64,000 bases of DNA from NCBI RefSeq assembly GCF_003334305.1, contig NZ_QOWS01000004.1; one strand, given 5' to 3'. Below are positions 11,276 to 22,393 of the stretch, piece after piece (the stretch's first letter is position 1; each line of letters begins with the position of its first letter). The translations under genes and the position numbers were made by a program. The stretch comes from Escherichia coli. GTDB taxonomy: Bacteria; Pseudomonadota; Gammaproteobacteria; Enterobacterales; Enterobacteriaceae. The notes below the pieces were generated by a model. That model did not search any database. It was not told the DNA's origin and was given only the letters and a program-made list of their open reading frames with translations.

Positions 11276-12628
11276 TTATTGCCCCGCGACAGGTTTCAGC
11301 TCGATACGCTTGATATCGCCCACCAGCACCAGGTAGCTCAGTACCGCGATTAAGGCATGAACACCAACATAAATCAGCGCCCCATTAAAGGAGCCAGTCG
11401 TGCCAACGATATAACCAATTGCGATTGGCGTGACGATGCCAGAAATGTTACCGAACATGTTGAACAGGCCACCGGAAAGACCGCTGATCTCTTTTGGCGC
11501 GGTATCTGCCATTACTGCCCAACCCAGCGCCCCGATGCCCTTACCGAAGAAGGCCAGCGCCATAAAGCCGATGATCATCCACTCAACGTTGACGTAGTTG
11601 CAGAACACCATCACCATCGACAGCAACATGCCCATTACGATCGGTGTTTTACGCGCAATGTTCAGCGATCCCGTGCGGCGCATCAGCCAGTCGGAAATAA
11701 TCCCACCCAGCACACCGCCGATAAAACCGCAAACCGCCGGAACGGAAGCCACAAAGCCCGCTTTCAGAATCGACATCCCACGCGCCTGCACCAGATAAAC
11801 CGGAAACCAGGTAATGAAAAAGTAAGTCAGGGCGTTGATACAGTACTGACCGATATAAACGCCGATCATCATCCGTGACCCGAGCAGTTGTTTGATCTGC
11901 CCCCACTTCACGCTGAACGGCACTTTAACTTTGGTGTTTTGCTGATCCATATTGATCAGCGCGCCACCCGCGGCGATGTACTCCAGCTCTTTCTGATTTA
12001 CCCCCGGATGTTGATTTGGCTCGTGGATGACTTTCAACCAGATAAAGCTGATGACAATCCCCAGACCGCCCATAAAGAAGAAGACGTGTGACCAGCCCAC
12101 TTCATGCGTCAGCCAGCCCATAATCGGCGCGAAGATCACCGTTGCGAAGTATTGAGCGGAGTTAAAAATCGACACCGCCGTTCCCCTTTCCTGCGCCGGA
12201 AACCAGGCCGCAACAATGCGACTGTTGCCGGGGAAAGATGGCGCTTCAGCAAGCCCGACCAGGAAGCGCAGAGTAAACAGGGCAACGATAATGCCGAATC
12301 CACTAAAGATATCGACGAAGCCTTGCAGCAAGGTAAACATCGACCAGATAAAGATCGACCAGAAGTAGACGCGTTTTGAACCAAAACGATCCAGCAACCA
12401 ACCACCAGGGATCTGCCCGATAACATAAGCCCATGAGAAGGCAGAGAACACATAGCCCATTCCCACGGGATCAAGGCCGATATCTTTGGCCATTTCCGAA
12501 CCGGCAATAGAAAGCGTAGCGCGGTCGCCGTAGTTGAAGGATGTGACGATAAACAACATCACCACTATCCAGTAACGAGCATTCGTGCGTTTTTCCACAC
12601 TGCTCGCAGCCTGACTTAAAGAACTCAT
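11276..12628 (-). CDS. gudP: MFS transporter for D-glucarate/galactarate
   Basis: 450-aa hydrophobic [43 protein letters not shown]..., with multiple predicted TM helices; first gene of the gudPXD operon. Confidence 0.93.
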   Translation of the reverse strand: MSSLSQAASSVEKRTNARYWIVVMLFIVTSFNYGDRATLSIAGSEMAKDIGLDPVGMGYVFSAFSWAYVIGQIPGGWLLDRFGSKRVYFWSIFIWSMFTLLQGFVDIFSGFGIIVALFTLRFLVGLAEAPSFPGNSRIVAAWFPAQERGTAVSIFNSAQYFATVIFAPIMGWLTHEVGWSHVFFFMGGLGIVISFIWLKVIHEPNQHPGVNQKELEYIAAGGALINMDQQNTKVKVPFSVKWGQIKQLLGSRMMIGVYIGQYCINALTYFFITWFPVYLVQARGMSILKAGFVASVPAVCGFIGGVLGGIISDWLMRRTGSLNIARKTPIVMGMLLSMVMVFCNYVNVEWMIIGFMALAFFGKGIGALGWAVMADTAPKEISGLSGGLFNMFGNISGIVTPIAIGYIVGTTGSFNGALIYVGVHALIAVLSYLVLVGDIKRIELKPVAGQ

Positions 12629-13062
12629 TGTTGCACTCCTGAAAATTCGCGTTAGCCACGCTCACTCTGGACTGCGACATAGCCAGGAAATCAGAGGTGA
12701 CGTAGGGTGTTTTTTGCCGTTTTTATAGGTCGTTCGCCGAATACGGCGCGTGTTTATATCTGGCAATAGCAGTATAAAAAGCGCGCCATAGCGGCTCACC
12801 GTGCAACAACACAACATTAATGCGTTCAATGAGGCCCGATTTTGGCATTAGCCCTGGACGGTGGAATCCACTTCACGGAAATGAAAACAAGAACAAGAAA
12901 GGAAGGGTTAAAACGAAGAAATAAAGAAGAGTATGAAATGGATCGCTTGACTCCAGGCAAACGCCAGTAAAAATCCGCGCTATGAAGCAGTTTTTACTGG
13001 CATTTGCCTGAAAATATTCGATTCAGCACCGCTAAAACGACATTTACCGCTCGCTGAACATA

Positions 13063-13512
13063 TCAGGACAACAGCGTGCCCCACTGTTCGACCCACGGAT
13101 TTGATTCCGTTTCCGGTTCCGGGTTCTCACTGGCGTCAATCAACAGCATTTCGCCAACCCGCTGAGCGCTCTGTTCCTGCAACAAGGCATCGAACTGTTT
13201 GCCGCCATTGCAGAAATTTACATAACTGCTGTCACCGAGCGCAATCACGCCATAACGCAGATTCGGCTGGAAGCCCAGACTATCTTTGATTCCCTGAAAG
13301 AGCGGCACAATGCTATCAGGAAGGTCGCCCTGCCCGGTCGTGGACGTAACCACCAGAACATACTTATCCTGATAGGGCAGCCAGTCGCTTAATTCAGGAT
13401 CTTCAAATACCGTTGCTTTGTGGCCCTGTGCGGTCAGAATTGCTTCTGCTTCTTCCGCCACTAACAGCGAATTTCCGTACATGGTGCCGACAAAAATACC
13501 AATTTCCGCCAT
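13063..13512 (-). CDS. yqcA: Short-chain flavodoxin YqcA
   Basis: 149-aa [44 protein letters not shown]... with a flavodoxin-like FMN-binding N-terminus. Confidence 0.9.
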
Positions 13513-13529
13513 ACCGTTTTCTCCCTGGA

Positions 13530-14312
13530 TTAGGAACTTATCTCTCCATCCTGACCCGATGGCGCACTGAACTCAACCCTTTCATTTTCAGGAAGCAGAC
13601 CGCGCCAGCCAAATTGTGATAACGCCTGCATCCAGGTGTCGTCCAGGCCCGCGTGAATAGTCAGCGGCTCGCCAGTAAAAGGATGCGTCAATGACAACTG
13701 ACTGGCATGTAGCATTAACCGCTGGAGGCCAAAATGCTCAGCACCGCTGCGATTCTGGCGTAAATCGCCATGTTTGCTATCGCCAATAATCGGATGACGC
13801 AAATGGGCAAGATGTCGGCGAAGCTGATGTTTGCGTCCGGTTTTCGGCTCCAGTTCCACCAGGCCGTAGCGCGTGGTCGGGTAACGTCCGGTCGCTACCG
13901 GCATTTCTACGGTCGCCAGACCGCGATAATGCGTCACTGCTGGCTGCGAGCCTTTATCTTCGCGGGCAAATTTATCAGCGATTTTGTCCAGTTCTTCCAC
14001 CAGTGGATAATCCAGAACTGCTTCTTCCATCAACCAGCCGCGCACAATCGCATGGTAACGTTTCTGGATTTGGTGCTGTTCAAACTGTTGTGCCAGCAGC
14101 CGTCCGGCCTCGCTGGATAATCCCATCAACAACACACCAGAAGTGGGTCGGTCCAGACGATGAGCGGTAAAAACGTGCTGGCCAATCTGATCACGCACGG
14201 TTTGCATGACCACTACTTTCTCGTCGCGATCCAGCCAGCTGCGGTGAACCAGCCAGCCGGAGGGTTTATTTACCGCAACCAGCCATTCATCCTGATAGAG
14301 TATTTCCAGCAT
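13530..14312 (-). CDS. truC: tRNA pseudouridine(65) synthase TruC
   Basis: 260-aa [28 protein letters not shown]... with the RluA-family catalytic motif [12 protein letters not shown]. Confidence 0.93.
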
Positions 14313-14641
14313 TAGCTCGCATCATCCGCAAAAAGAGCATCCAGTTTTTCCAGCTCAGCCAGAATAAGCGCGCGTTGCGGATGGTCCGTCGCCAGCGCCA
14401 TTTCATAATAGGGTGCAACGGCAAAAGCGCCCGGTAACGGCTGTTTGTTATCTAACAAATCGTGCATTCGCGGGATCAGCACCCACTGCAACCACTCCAG
14501 TGGTTCCATGGTGTCCATAAAGAACGGTTGGGTACTATTAAATTGATGCGGCTGGGGTTCATCGTTTCGCCAGTGCTGATGTTCACGCAGTAACGCTTCA
14601 AGCGCCTGCAACTGGAGACGAACGCGGTCATGAGTGGTCAT
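14312..14641 (-). CDS. yqcC: Conserved protein YqcC (DUF446), function unknown
   Basis: 109-aa ORF MTTHDRVRLQLQALEALLREHQHWRNDEPQ...; stop overlaps truC start (ATGA), suggesting translational coupling. Confidence 0.88.
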   Translation of the reverse strand: MTTHDRVRLQLQALEALLREHQHWRNDEPQPHQFNSTQPFFMDTMEPLEWLQWVLIPRMHDLLDNKQPLPGAFAVAPYYEMALATDHPQRALILAELEKLDALFADDAS

Positions 14642-14683
14642 AAAGCAACCTCAATAAGAAAAACTGCCGCGAAGGATAGCAGG

Positions 14684-15052
14684 AATAAAAAAAGGGAGCA
14701 CTGTATTCACAGCGCTCCCGGTTCGTTTCGCAGCATTCCAGCTACTTTTGTTGCTCCCTGCTCATCCTTGACAACTTTTCCTCTGGCCTTGCGGCCAATC
14801 GTTCATCCTGAACTATTGCTTCCTGCTCACACCACCCCGATGTGATACTTCATCCTGAAGTGTCCCTGGCCTTCCTGACCCACCGAATCATCCTGACCGG
14901 TTCTCATTCTCCATCCTGGAGGTGTCCTTTAACGCGTCCTGCGTCATCCTCTTCGCTTCATCCAGAAGCCTTTCCCTGAAACACCATCCTGGTGTGTCCT
15001 GCAGAAGTGTCATCATCCTGATGTTCACTTCGTTGTCTGACTCCCTGTCGAC
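14684..15052 (-). ncRNA. csrB: CsrB small RNA (CsrA-sequestering sRNA)
   Basis: No long ORF. The plus strand carries at least 8 exact CATCCTG heptamers (CAGGATG on the minus strand) plus about 10 further TCCTG/GGA variants spaced ~15-25 nt apart. Minus-strand 5' end GTCGACAGGGAGTCAGACAACGAAG; 3' end is a GC hairpin (gggagcactgtattcacagcgctccc) followed by a U-run. Confidence 0.93.
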
Positions 15053-15225
15053 GAAGATAGAATCGTCTTTTTCGCGAAGTCTTACAAGGCGCTTACAGAC
15101 AATGCCTTAAGGAAAATTTCATATGAAAGTTAAGAATTAACAATCAACATTTTGATTTTAAATGAAAATAACGATTCTTATCTTTTTAAGTATTCGCTTA
15201 TTTCCTGGCGATCTCCTACAGAGTC

Positions 15226-15243
15226 TGTAAGAGATCTCTCACA
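15226..15243. promoter_or_regulatory. UvrY/GacA-type inverted repeat upstream of csrB
   Basis: tgtaagagatctctcaca is an 18-bp near-perfect palindrome, ~175-190 bp upstream of the csrB 5' end on the minus strand; it matches the response-regulator box described for csrB-family promoters. Confidence 0.65.
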
Positions 15244-15262
15244 ACCAGATGGGGTATTTGGA

Positions 15263-15808
15263 TTACAGAAGAGGCTTAAGTTGATTAAGGAATTCCGCAA
15301 GATTTGAGGCTAAATGCGTCCGTTTACGTGTTCCCAGCGTCTCTTTGCACACTTCACCGGAGAGATTACACACCGAGATGACCTCTAACTCTTCTTCCAG
15401 CGTCGCGATAAATAGCGTGGGCGGCAGTTTTAGCCTTTTCTGAGTCACCAGATGACCAATCAGATTTTCCTGCACCCGACGGAAGTCGTCTTCACTCCAG
15501 GTTTGCAGCAATGTCAGTTTGATATCGCCAAACTGCGCGTGCATATCCCCGGCAAACTGAGTCGTATAAAAGGTATGAATTGTGGGTTGTATCACAATAT
15601 CAAAAGCGCGTTCAACCGCGTTTACATTTTGTTCCCCGGTAAACGGCTGGGGTTGCCAGTATACGGCATCTTCGGTAGTTGAAATAATGCACGGTGAAGG
15701 AACACCGTACAGTTCCTCACTTAACGGCCAGCTTTTATGCTCTTCATGCCACGCATCGCAGTAGCGTGCAGTAAAATCTTTCAGGGCTTGTGCGGTCAAA
15801 TCGTCCAC
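15263..15808 (-). CDS. syd: SecY-interacting protein Syd
   Basis: 181-aa [43 protein letters not shown]..., recognised as E. coli Syd. Confidence 0.92.
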
Positions 15809-15875
15809 TAATTTCTCTCTTCACTTAAACCAGATACACTTGTCGTTTAGTTTATCTGGTTTATGACGGTGAAAC

Positions 15876-16724
15876 ATGTCTTCTTATGCAAACCATCAGG
15901 CACTTGCGGGCCTGACTCTTGGAAAATCAACCGATTACCGGGATACCTATGACGCCAGCCTACTGCAAGGCGTTCCACGCAGCCTGAATCGCGACCCGCT
16001 GGGTCTGAAAGCGGATAACCTGCCTTTTCACGGTACGGATATCTGGACGCTGTATGAACTTTCCTGGCTGAATGCGAAAGGTTTGCCGCAGGTCGCTGTC
16101 GGTCATGTTGAACTTGATTACACCAGCGTAAATCTGATTGAGTCGAAGAGTTTTAAGCTCTATCTCAACAGTTTTAACCAGACGCGTTTTAATAACTGGG
16201 ATGAGGTGCGCCAGACGCTGGAGCGCGACTTAAGCACTTGCGCCCAGGGTAAGGTTAGCGTGGCGTTATATCGTCTTGATGAACTGGAAGGCCAGCCGAT
16301 AGGTCATTTCAATGGCACCTGCATTGATGACCAGGATATCACTATCGATAACTATGAATTCACTACTGACTATCTGGAGAATGCCACCAGCGGTGAAAAA
16401 GTAGTGGAAGAGACGCTTGTCAGCCACCTGCTGAAATCAAACTGCCTGATCACCCATCAACCAGATTGGGGTTCGATCCAAATTCAGTATCGTGGACGCC
16501 AAATTGACAGAGAAAAACTGCTGCGTTACCTGGTCTCATTCCGTCATCACAACGAGTTCCACGAACAGTGCGTGGAACGCATCTTTAATGACCTGTTACG
16601 CTTCTGCCAGCCAGAGAAATTAAGCGTTTACGCACGTTATACCCGTCGTGGCGGTCTGGACATTAACCCGTGGCGCAGTAATAGCGATTTTGTCCCATCG
16701 ACCACAAGACTGGTTCGGCAATAA
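15876..16724 (+). CDS. queF: NADPH-dependent 7-cyano-7-deazaguanine (preQ0) reductase QueF
   Basis: 282-aa [38 protein letters not shown]... containing the QueF motif E(S/L)K(S/A)FKLYL ([12 protein letters not shown]). Confidence 0.94.
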   Translation: MSSYANHQALAGLTLGKSTDYRDTYDASLLQGVPRSLNRDPLGLKADNLPFHGTDIWTLYELSWLNAKGLPQVAVGHVELDYTSVNLIESKSFKLYLNSFNQTRFNNWDEVRQTLERDLSTCAQGKVSVALYRLDELEGQPIGHFNGTCIDDQDITIDNYEFTTDYLENATSGEKVVEETLVSHLLKSNCLITHQPDWGSIQIQYRGRQIDREKLLRYLVSFRHHNEFHEQCVERIFNDLLRFCQPEKLSVYARYTRRGGLDINPWRSNSDFVPSTTRLVRQ

Positions 16725-16835
16725 ATTTTTTCTCAATTTTGCGTGCTGGATTCACGCAGAAGGTTGTGAAAGGTCATCAGGCAGGGCTATTGTAATCAAA
16801 GGGAATGACGATATTCGTCCCATAAGGAGTTTTTC

Positions 16836-18200
16836 TTGATTACACATATTAGCCCGCTTGGCTCCATGGATATGTTGTCGCAGCTGGAAGTGGATATGCT
16901 TAAACGCACCGCCAGCAGCGACCTCTATCAACTGTTTCGCAACTGTTCACTTGCCGTACTGAACTCCGGTAGTTTGACCGATAACAGCAAAGAATTGCTG
17001 TCTCGTTTTGAAAATTTCGATATTAACGTCCTGCGCCGTGAACGCGGCGTAAAGCTGGAACTGATTAATCCCCCGGAAGAGGCTTTTGTCGATGGGCGAA
17101 TTATTCGCGCTTTGCAGGCCAACTTGTTCGCGGTCCTGCGTGACATTCTCTTCGTTTACGGGCAAATCCATAACACCGTTCGTTTTCCCAACCTGAATCT
17201 CGACAACTCCGTCCACATCACTAACCTGGTCTTTTCCATCTTGCGTAACGCTCGCGCGCTGCATGTGGGTGAAGCGCCAAATATGGTGGTCTGCTGGGGC
17301 GGTCACTCAATTAACGAAAACGAGTATTTGTATGCCCGTCGCGTCGGAAACCAGCTGGGCCTGCGTGAGCTGAATATCTGCACCGGCTGTGGTCCGGGAG
17401 CGATGGAAGCGCCGATGAAAGGTGCTGCGGTCGGACACGCGCAGCAGCGTTACAAAGACAGTCGTTTTATTGGTATGACAGAGCCGTCGATTATCGCCGC
17501 TGAACCGCCTAACCCGCTGGTCAACGAATTGATCATCATGCCAGATATCGAAAAACGTCTGGAAGCGTTTGTCCGTATCGCTCACGGTATCATTATCTTC
17601 CCTGGCGGTGTGGGTACGGCAGAAGAGTTGCTGTATTTGCTGGGAATTTTAATGAACCCGGCCAACAAAGATCAGGTTTTACCATTGATCCTCACCGGCC
17701 CGAAAGAGAGCGCCGACTACTTCCGCGTACTGGACGAGTTTGTCGTGCATACGCTGGGTGAAAACGCGCGCCGCCATTACCGCATCATCATTGATGACGC
17801 CGCTGAAGTCGCTCGTCAGATGAAAAAATCGATGCCGCTGGTGAAAGAAAATCGCCGCGACACAGGCGATGCCTACAGCTTTAACTGGTCAATGCGCATT
17901 GCGCCAGATTTGCAAATGCCGTTTGAGCCGTCTCACGAGAATATGGCTAATCTGAAGCTTTACCCGGATCAACCCGTTGAAGTGCTAGCTGCCGACCTGC
18001 GCCGTGCGTTCTCCGGTATTGTGGCGGGTAACGTAAAAGAAGTCGGTATTCGCGCCATTGAAGAGTTTGGTCCTTACAAAATCAACGGCGATAAAGAGAT
18101 TATGCGTCGTATGGACGACCTGCTACAGGGTTTTGTTGCCCAGCATCGTATGAAGTTGCCAGGCTCAGCCTACATCCCTTGCTACGAAATCTGCACGTAA
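16836..18200 (+). CDS. ppnN: Pyrimidine/purine nucleotide 5'-monophosphate nucleosidase PpnN (YgdH, LOG family)
   Basis: 454-aa [25 protein letters not shown]... with the LOG-family motif [10 protein letters not shown]. Confidence 0.93.
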
Positions 18201-18757
18201 TCTCCCCCTCCCCCGGTGACGTTTGTTGCCGGGTTTTCTCGTTTTTGGTCACTTACTCATCAACTCATTTCATTTGTTATATGAATGTTTCTTACCACCC
18301 TCACGCGACAAATATCATCACAGTTAATATGTCATACAATTTATGTTGCAACGCAAACGTTTCCCTATTTTCATAAACCGTATTTTATCGCTATGAAAAA
18401 GAAATTATCGCCATGATTAACTAAAAGTATTGATTTTTTCAGTTCAACCTACATATATTGCGCGCCCCGGAAGAAGTCAGATGTCGTTTAATGGGCAAAT
18501 ATTGCCCTTAAATTCTCTTTTACTTTTGATTTACAGAGTAAAGCGTTGGGATAATCTATCTTCCAAGTAGATTATTGTATTTGAGATCAAGATCACTGAT
18601 AGATACATAACTTGTGTGTATCTTTCCGCCCTCAAATTATTACGGCGGTAAATGATTAAGCCATCGCCGATAGACAGATTTCATTTTTACGGTCAGGCAC
18701 CTTCCCGGGCTGAACTGGCTAAAAGCTGAATTATTTGCATTCCTCCAGGAGAAATAG

Positions 18758-20047
18758 ATGGAAACGACTCAAACCAGCACGATTGCGTCGAAAGACTCTC
18801 GTAGTGCCTGGCGCAAGACAGACACCATGTGGATGCTGGGCCTTTACGGCACGGCAATCGGCGCGGGCGTGCTGTTCCTGCCAATCAACGCCGGTGTTGG
18901 CGGTATGATCCCGCTGATCATCATGGCTATCCTTGCGTTCCCGATGACATTTTTTGCACACCGCGGCCTGACTCGCTTCGTACTGTCTGGTAAAAACCCG
19001 GGCGAAGACATCACCGAGGTTGTAGAAGAACACTTTGGTATTGGCGCAGGTAAACTGATTACCCTGCTCTATTTCTTCGCTATCTACCCGATCCTGCTGG
19101 TTTATAGCGTAGCAATCACCAATACAGTTGAAAGCTTCATGTCTCACCAGCTGGGTATGACACCACCGCCGCGTGCGATTCTGTCGCTGATCCTGATCGT
19201 GGGTATGATGACCATCGTTCGCTTCGGTGAGCAGATGATCGTTAAAGCGATGAGTATTCTGGTATTCCCGTTTGTTGGCGTACTGATGCTGCTGGCTCTG
19301 TACCTGATCCCGCAGTGGAACGGCGCAGCACTGGAAACGCTGTCTCTGGACACTGCATCTGCAACCGGGAACGGTTTGTGGATGACCCTGTGGCTGGCAA
19401 TTCCGGTAATGGTGTTCTCGTTCAACCACTCTCCGATCATCTCTTCTTTCGCCGTTGCGAAGCGTGAAGAGTACGGCGATATGGCAGAACAGAAATGCTC
19501 GAAGATCCTTGCATTCGCACACATCATGATGGTGCTGACCGTAATGTTCTTCGTCTTCAGCTGCGTACTGAGCCTGACTCCGGCAGACCTGGCTGCGGCT
19601 AAAGAGCAGAACATCTCGATTCTGTCTTACCTGGCTAACCACTTTAACGCACCGGTTATCGCGTGGATGGCTCCGATTATCGCGATTATCGCTATCACCA
19701 AATCCTTCCTCGGCCACTACCTGGGCGCACGTGAAGGCTTCAACGGTATGGTGATTAAATCTCTGCGTGGTAAAGGTAAGTCTATCGAAATCAACAAGCT
19801 GAACCGTATCACTGCGCTGTTCATGCTGGTAACGACCTGGATTGTTGCCACCCTGAACCCGAGCATCCTGGGTATGATTGAAACCCTGGGCGGCCCAATC
19901 ATCGCGATGATCCTGTTCCTGATGCCGATGTACGCAATTCAGAAAGTACCGGCAATGCGTAAGTACAGCGGTCACATCAGCAACGTATTCGTTGTCGTGA
20001 TGGGTCTGATTGCAATCTCCGCAATCTTCTACTCTCTGTTCAGCTAA
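18758..20047 (+). CDS. sdaC: Serine:H+ symporter SdaC
   Basis: 429-aa polytopic membrane [49 protein letters not shown]... (HAAAP family); RBS ggag 8 nt upstream. Confidence 0.96.
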   Translation: METTQTSTIASKDSRSAWRKTDTMWMLGLYGTAIGAGVLFLPINAGVGGMIPLIIMAILAFPMTFFAHRGLTRFVLSGKNPGEDITEVVEEHFGIGAGKLITLLYFFAIYPILLVYSVAITNTVESFMSHQLGMTPPPRAILSLILIVGMMTIVRFGEQMIVKAMSILVFPFVGVLMLLALYLIPQWNGAALETLSLDTASATGNGLWMTLWLAIPVMVFSFNHSPIISSFAVAKREEYGDMAEQKCSKILAFAHIMMVLTVMFFVFSCVLSLTPADLAAAKEQNISILSYLANHFNAPVIAWMAPIIAIIAITKSFLGHYLGAREGFNGMVIKSLRGKGKSIEINKLNRITALFMLVTTWIVATLNPSILGMIETLGGPIIAMILFLMPMYAIQKVPAMRKYSGHISNVFVVVMGLIAISAIFYSLFS

Positions 20048-20055
20048 GTCCTTTC

Positions 20056-20090
20056 GCGCCGCTTTCGGGCGGCGCTTCCTCCGTTTTAAC
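20056..20090 (+). other. GC-rich hairpin in sdaC-sdaB spacer (possible partial terminator or processing/attenuation element)
   Basis: gcgccgctttcgggcggcgc forms a 7-bp stem with a tttcgg loop, followed by ttcctccgtttt; it lies between two co-oriented genes of one operon. Confidence 0.4.
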
Positions 20091-20104
20091 GCGATGTATT
20101 TCCT

Positions 20105-21472
20105 ATGATTAGCGTATTCGATATTTTCAAAATCGGCATTGGCCCTTCCAGTTCTCATACCGTTGGACCAATGAAAGCGGGTAAACAATTTACCGACGAT
20201 CTGATTGCCCGTAACCTGCTTAAAGACGTGACCCGCGTGGTGGTTGACGTGTACGGCTCGCTCTCTCTGACCGGTAAAGGCCACCACACTGATATCGCCA
20301 TTATTATGGGCCTGGCGGGTAACCTGCCGGATACCGTGGATATCGATTCCATCCCCGGTTTTATTCAGGATGTGAATACTCATGGTCGCCTGATGCTGGC
20401 AAACGGTCAGCATGAAGTGGAGTTCCCGGTTGATCAGTGCATGAACTTCCATGCCGACAACCTTTCTCTGCATGAAAACGGTATGCGCATTACCGCACTG
20501 GCGGGCGATAAAGTCATTTACAGCCAGACTTACTACTCTATCGGCGGTGGCTTTATCGTTGATGAAGAACATTTTGGCCAGCAGGATAGCGCACCGGTTG
20601 AAGTTCCTTATCCGTACAGTTCAGCAGCCGATCTGCAAAAACATTGTCAGGAAACCGGGCTGTCACTCTCTGGCCTGATGATGAAAAACGAGCTGGCGCT
20701 GCACAGCAAAGAAGAGCTGGAACAGCACCTGGCGAACGTCTGGGAAGTCATGCGCGGCGGTATTGAGCGCGGTATTTCTACCGAAGGCGTGTTGCCTGGC
20801 AAACTGCGCGTACCACGCCGTGCTGCGGCACTACGCCGGATGCTGGTCAGCCAGGATAAAACCACCACTGACCCGATGGCGGTTGTTGACTGGATCAACA
20901 TGTTTGCACTGGCAGTGAACGAAGAGAACGCCGCTGGCGGTCGCGTGGTGACTGCGCCGACTAACGGTGCGTGCGGGATTATCCCGGCTGTGCTGGCGTA
21001 CTACGATAAGTTTATCCGCGAAGTGAACGCTAACTCACTGGCTCGTTACCTGCTGGTAGCCAGTGCCATTGGTTCTCTTTATAAGATGAACGCGTCAATT
21101 TCTGGTGCTGAAGTCGGCTGCCAGGGTGAAGTTGGTGTGGCGTGCTCAATGGCGGCGGCTGGTCTGGCAGAACTGTTAGGTGCAAGCCCGGCGCAGGTGT
21201 GCATCGCGGCGGAAATCGCCATGGAGCACAACCTCGGTCTGACGTGTGACCCGGTCGCCGGACAGGTCCAGGTGCCATGCATCGAGCGTAACGCCATTGC
21301 GGCAGTAAAAGCGGTGAACGCCGCACGTATGGCGCTACGCCGTACCAGCGAGCCGCGCGTCTGCCTCGATAAAGTTATCGAAACCATGTACGAAACAGGT
21401 AAAGATATGAACGCCAAGTACCGCGAAACCTCTCGCGGCGGCCTGGCAATGAAGATCGTTGCCTGCGATTAA
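20105..21472 (+). CDS. sdaB: L-serine dehydratase 2 (L-serine deaminase, Fe-S)
   Basis: 455-aa ORF MISVFDIFKIGIGPSSSHTVGPMKAGKQFTDDL..., recognised as E. coli SdaB. Confidence 0.96.
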   Translation: MISVFDIFKIGIGPSSSHTVGPMKAGKQFTDDLIARNLLKDVTRVVVDVYGSLSLTGKGHHTDIAIIMGLAGNLPDTVDIDSIPGFIQDVNTHGRLMLANGQHEVEFPVDQCMNFHADNLSLHENGMRITALAGDKVIYSQTYYSIGGGFIVDEEHFGQQDSAPVEVPYPYSSAADLQKHCQETGLSLSGLMMKNELALHSKEELEQHLANVWEVMRGGIERGISTEGVLPGKLRVPRRAAALRRMLVSQDKTTTDPMAVVDWINMFALAVNEENAAGGRVVTAPTNGACGIIPAVLAYYDKFIREVNANSLARYLLVASAIGSLYKMNASISGAEVGCQGEVGVACSMAAAGLAELLGASPAQVCIAAEIAMEHNLGLTCDPVAGQVQVPCIERNAIAAVKAVNAARMALRRTSEPRVCLDKVIETMYETGKDMNAKYRETSRGGLAMKIVACD

Positions 21473-22339
<867 letters not shown>

Positions 22340-22345
22340 CGGCGA

Positions 22346-22374
22346 GCCGGATACGCCGCAAACGTCGTATCCGG
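22346..22374. repeat. REP-like palindromic unit
   Basis: gccggatacgccgcaaacgtcgtatccggc is an imperfect palindrome of REP type in the xni/fucO convergent spacer. Confidence 0.6.
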
Positions 22375-22393
22375 CATTATCACATCAGCGCAT

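Noticed and set aside
14684-15052. Possible CRISPR array or tandem-repeat locus (regularly spaced short repeats)
   Set aside because: The repeats are 7-nt GGA-centred motifs, not 28-37-bp direct repeats with unique spacers, and no cas genes are nearby. The pattern and terminator match csrB.
18731-20572. Very long (613-aa) minus-strand ORF spanning the sdaC–sdaB region
   Set aside because: It is antisense to two plus-strand genes that are unmistakably real (SdaC and SdaB, full-length matches with RBSs). Its translation is low-complexity and rich in H/R/Q/C with no recognisable domain, so it is an accidental open frame on the opposite strand of GC-rich coding sequence.
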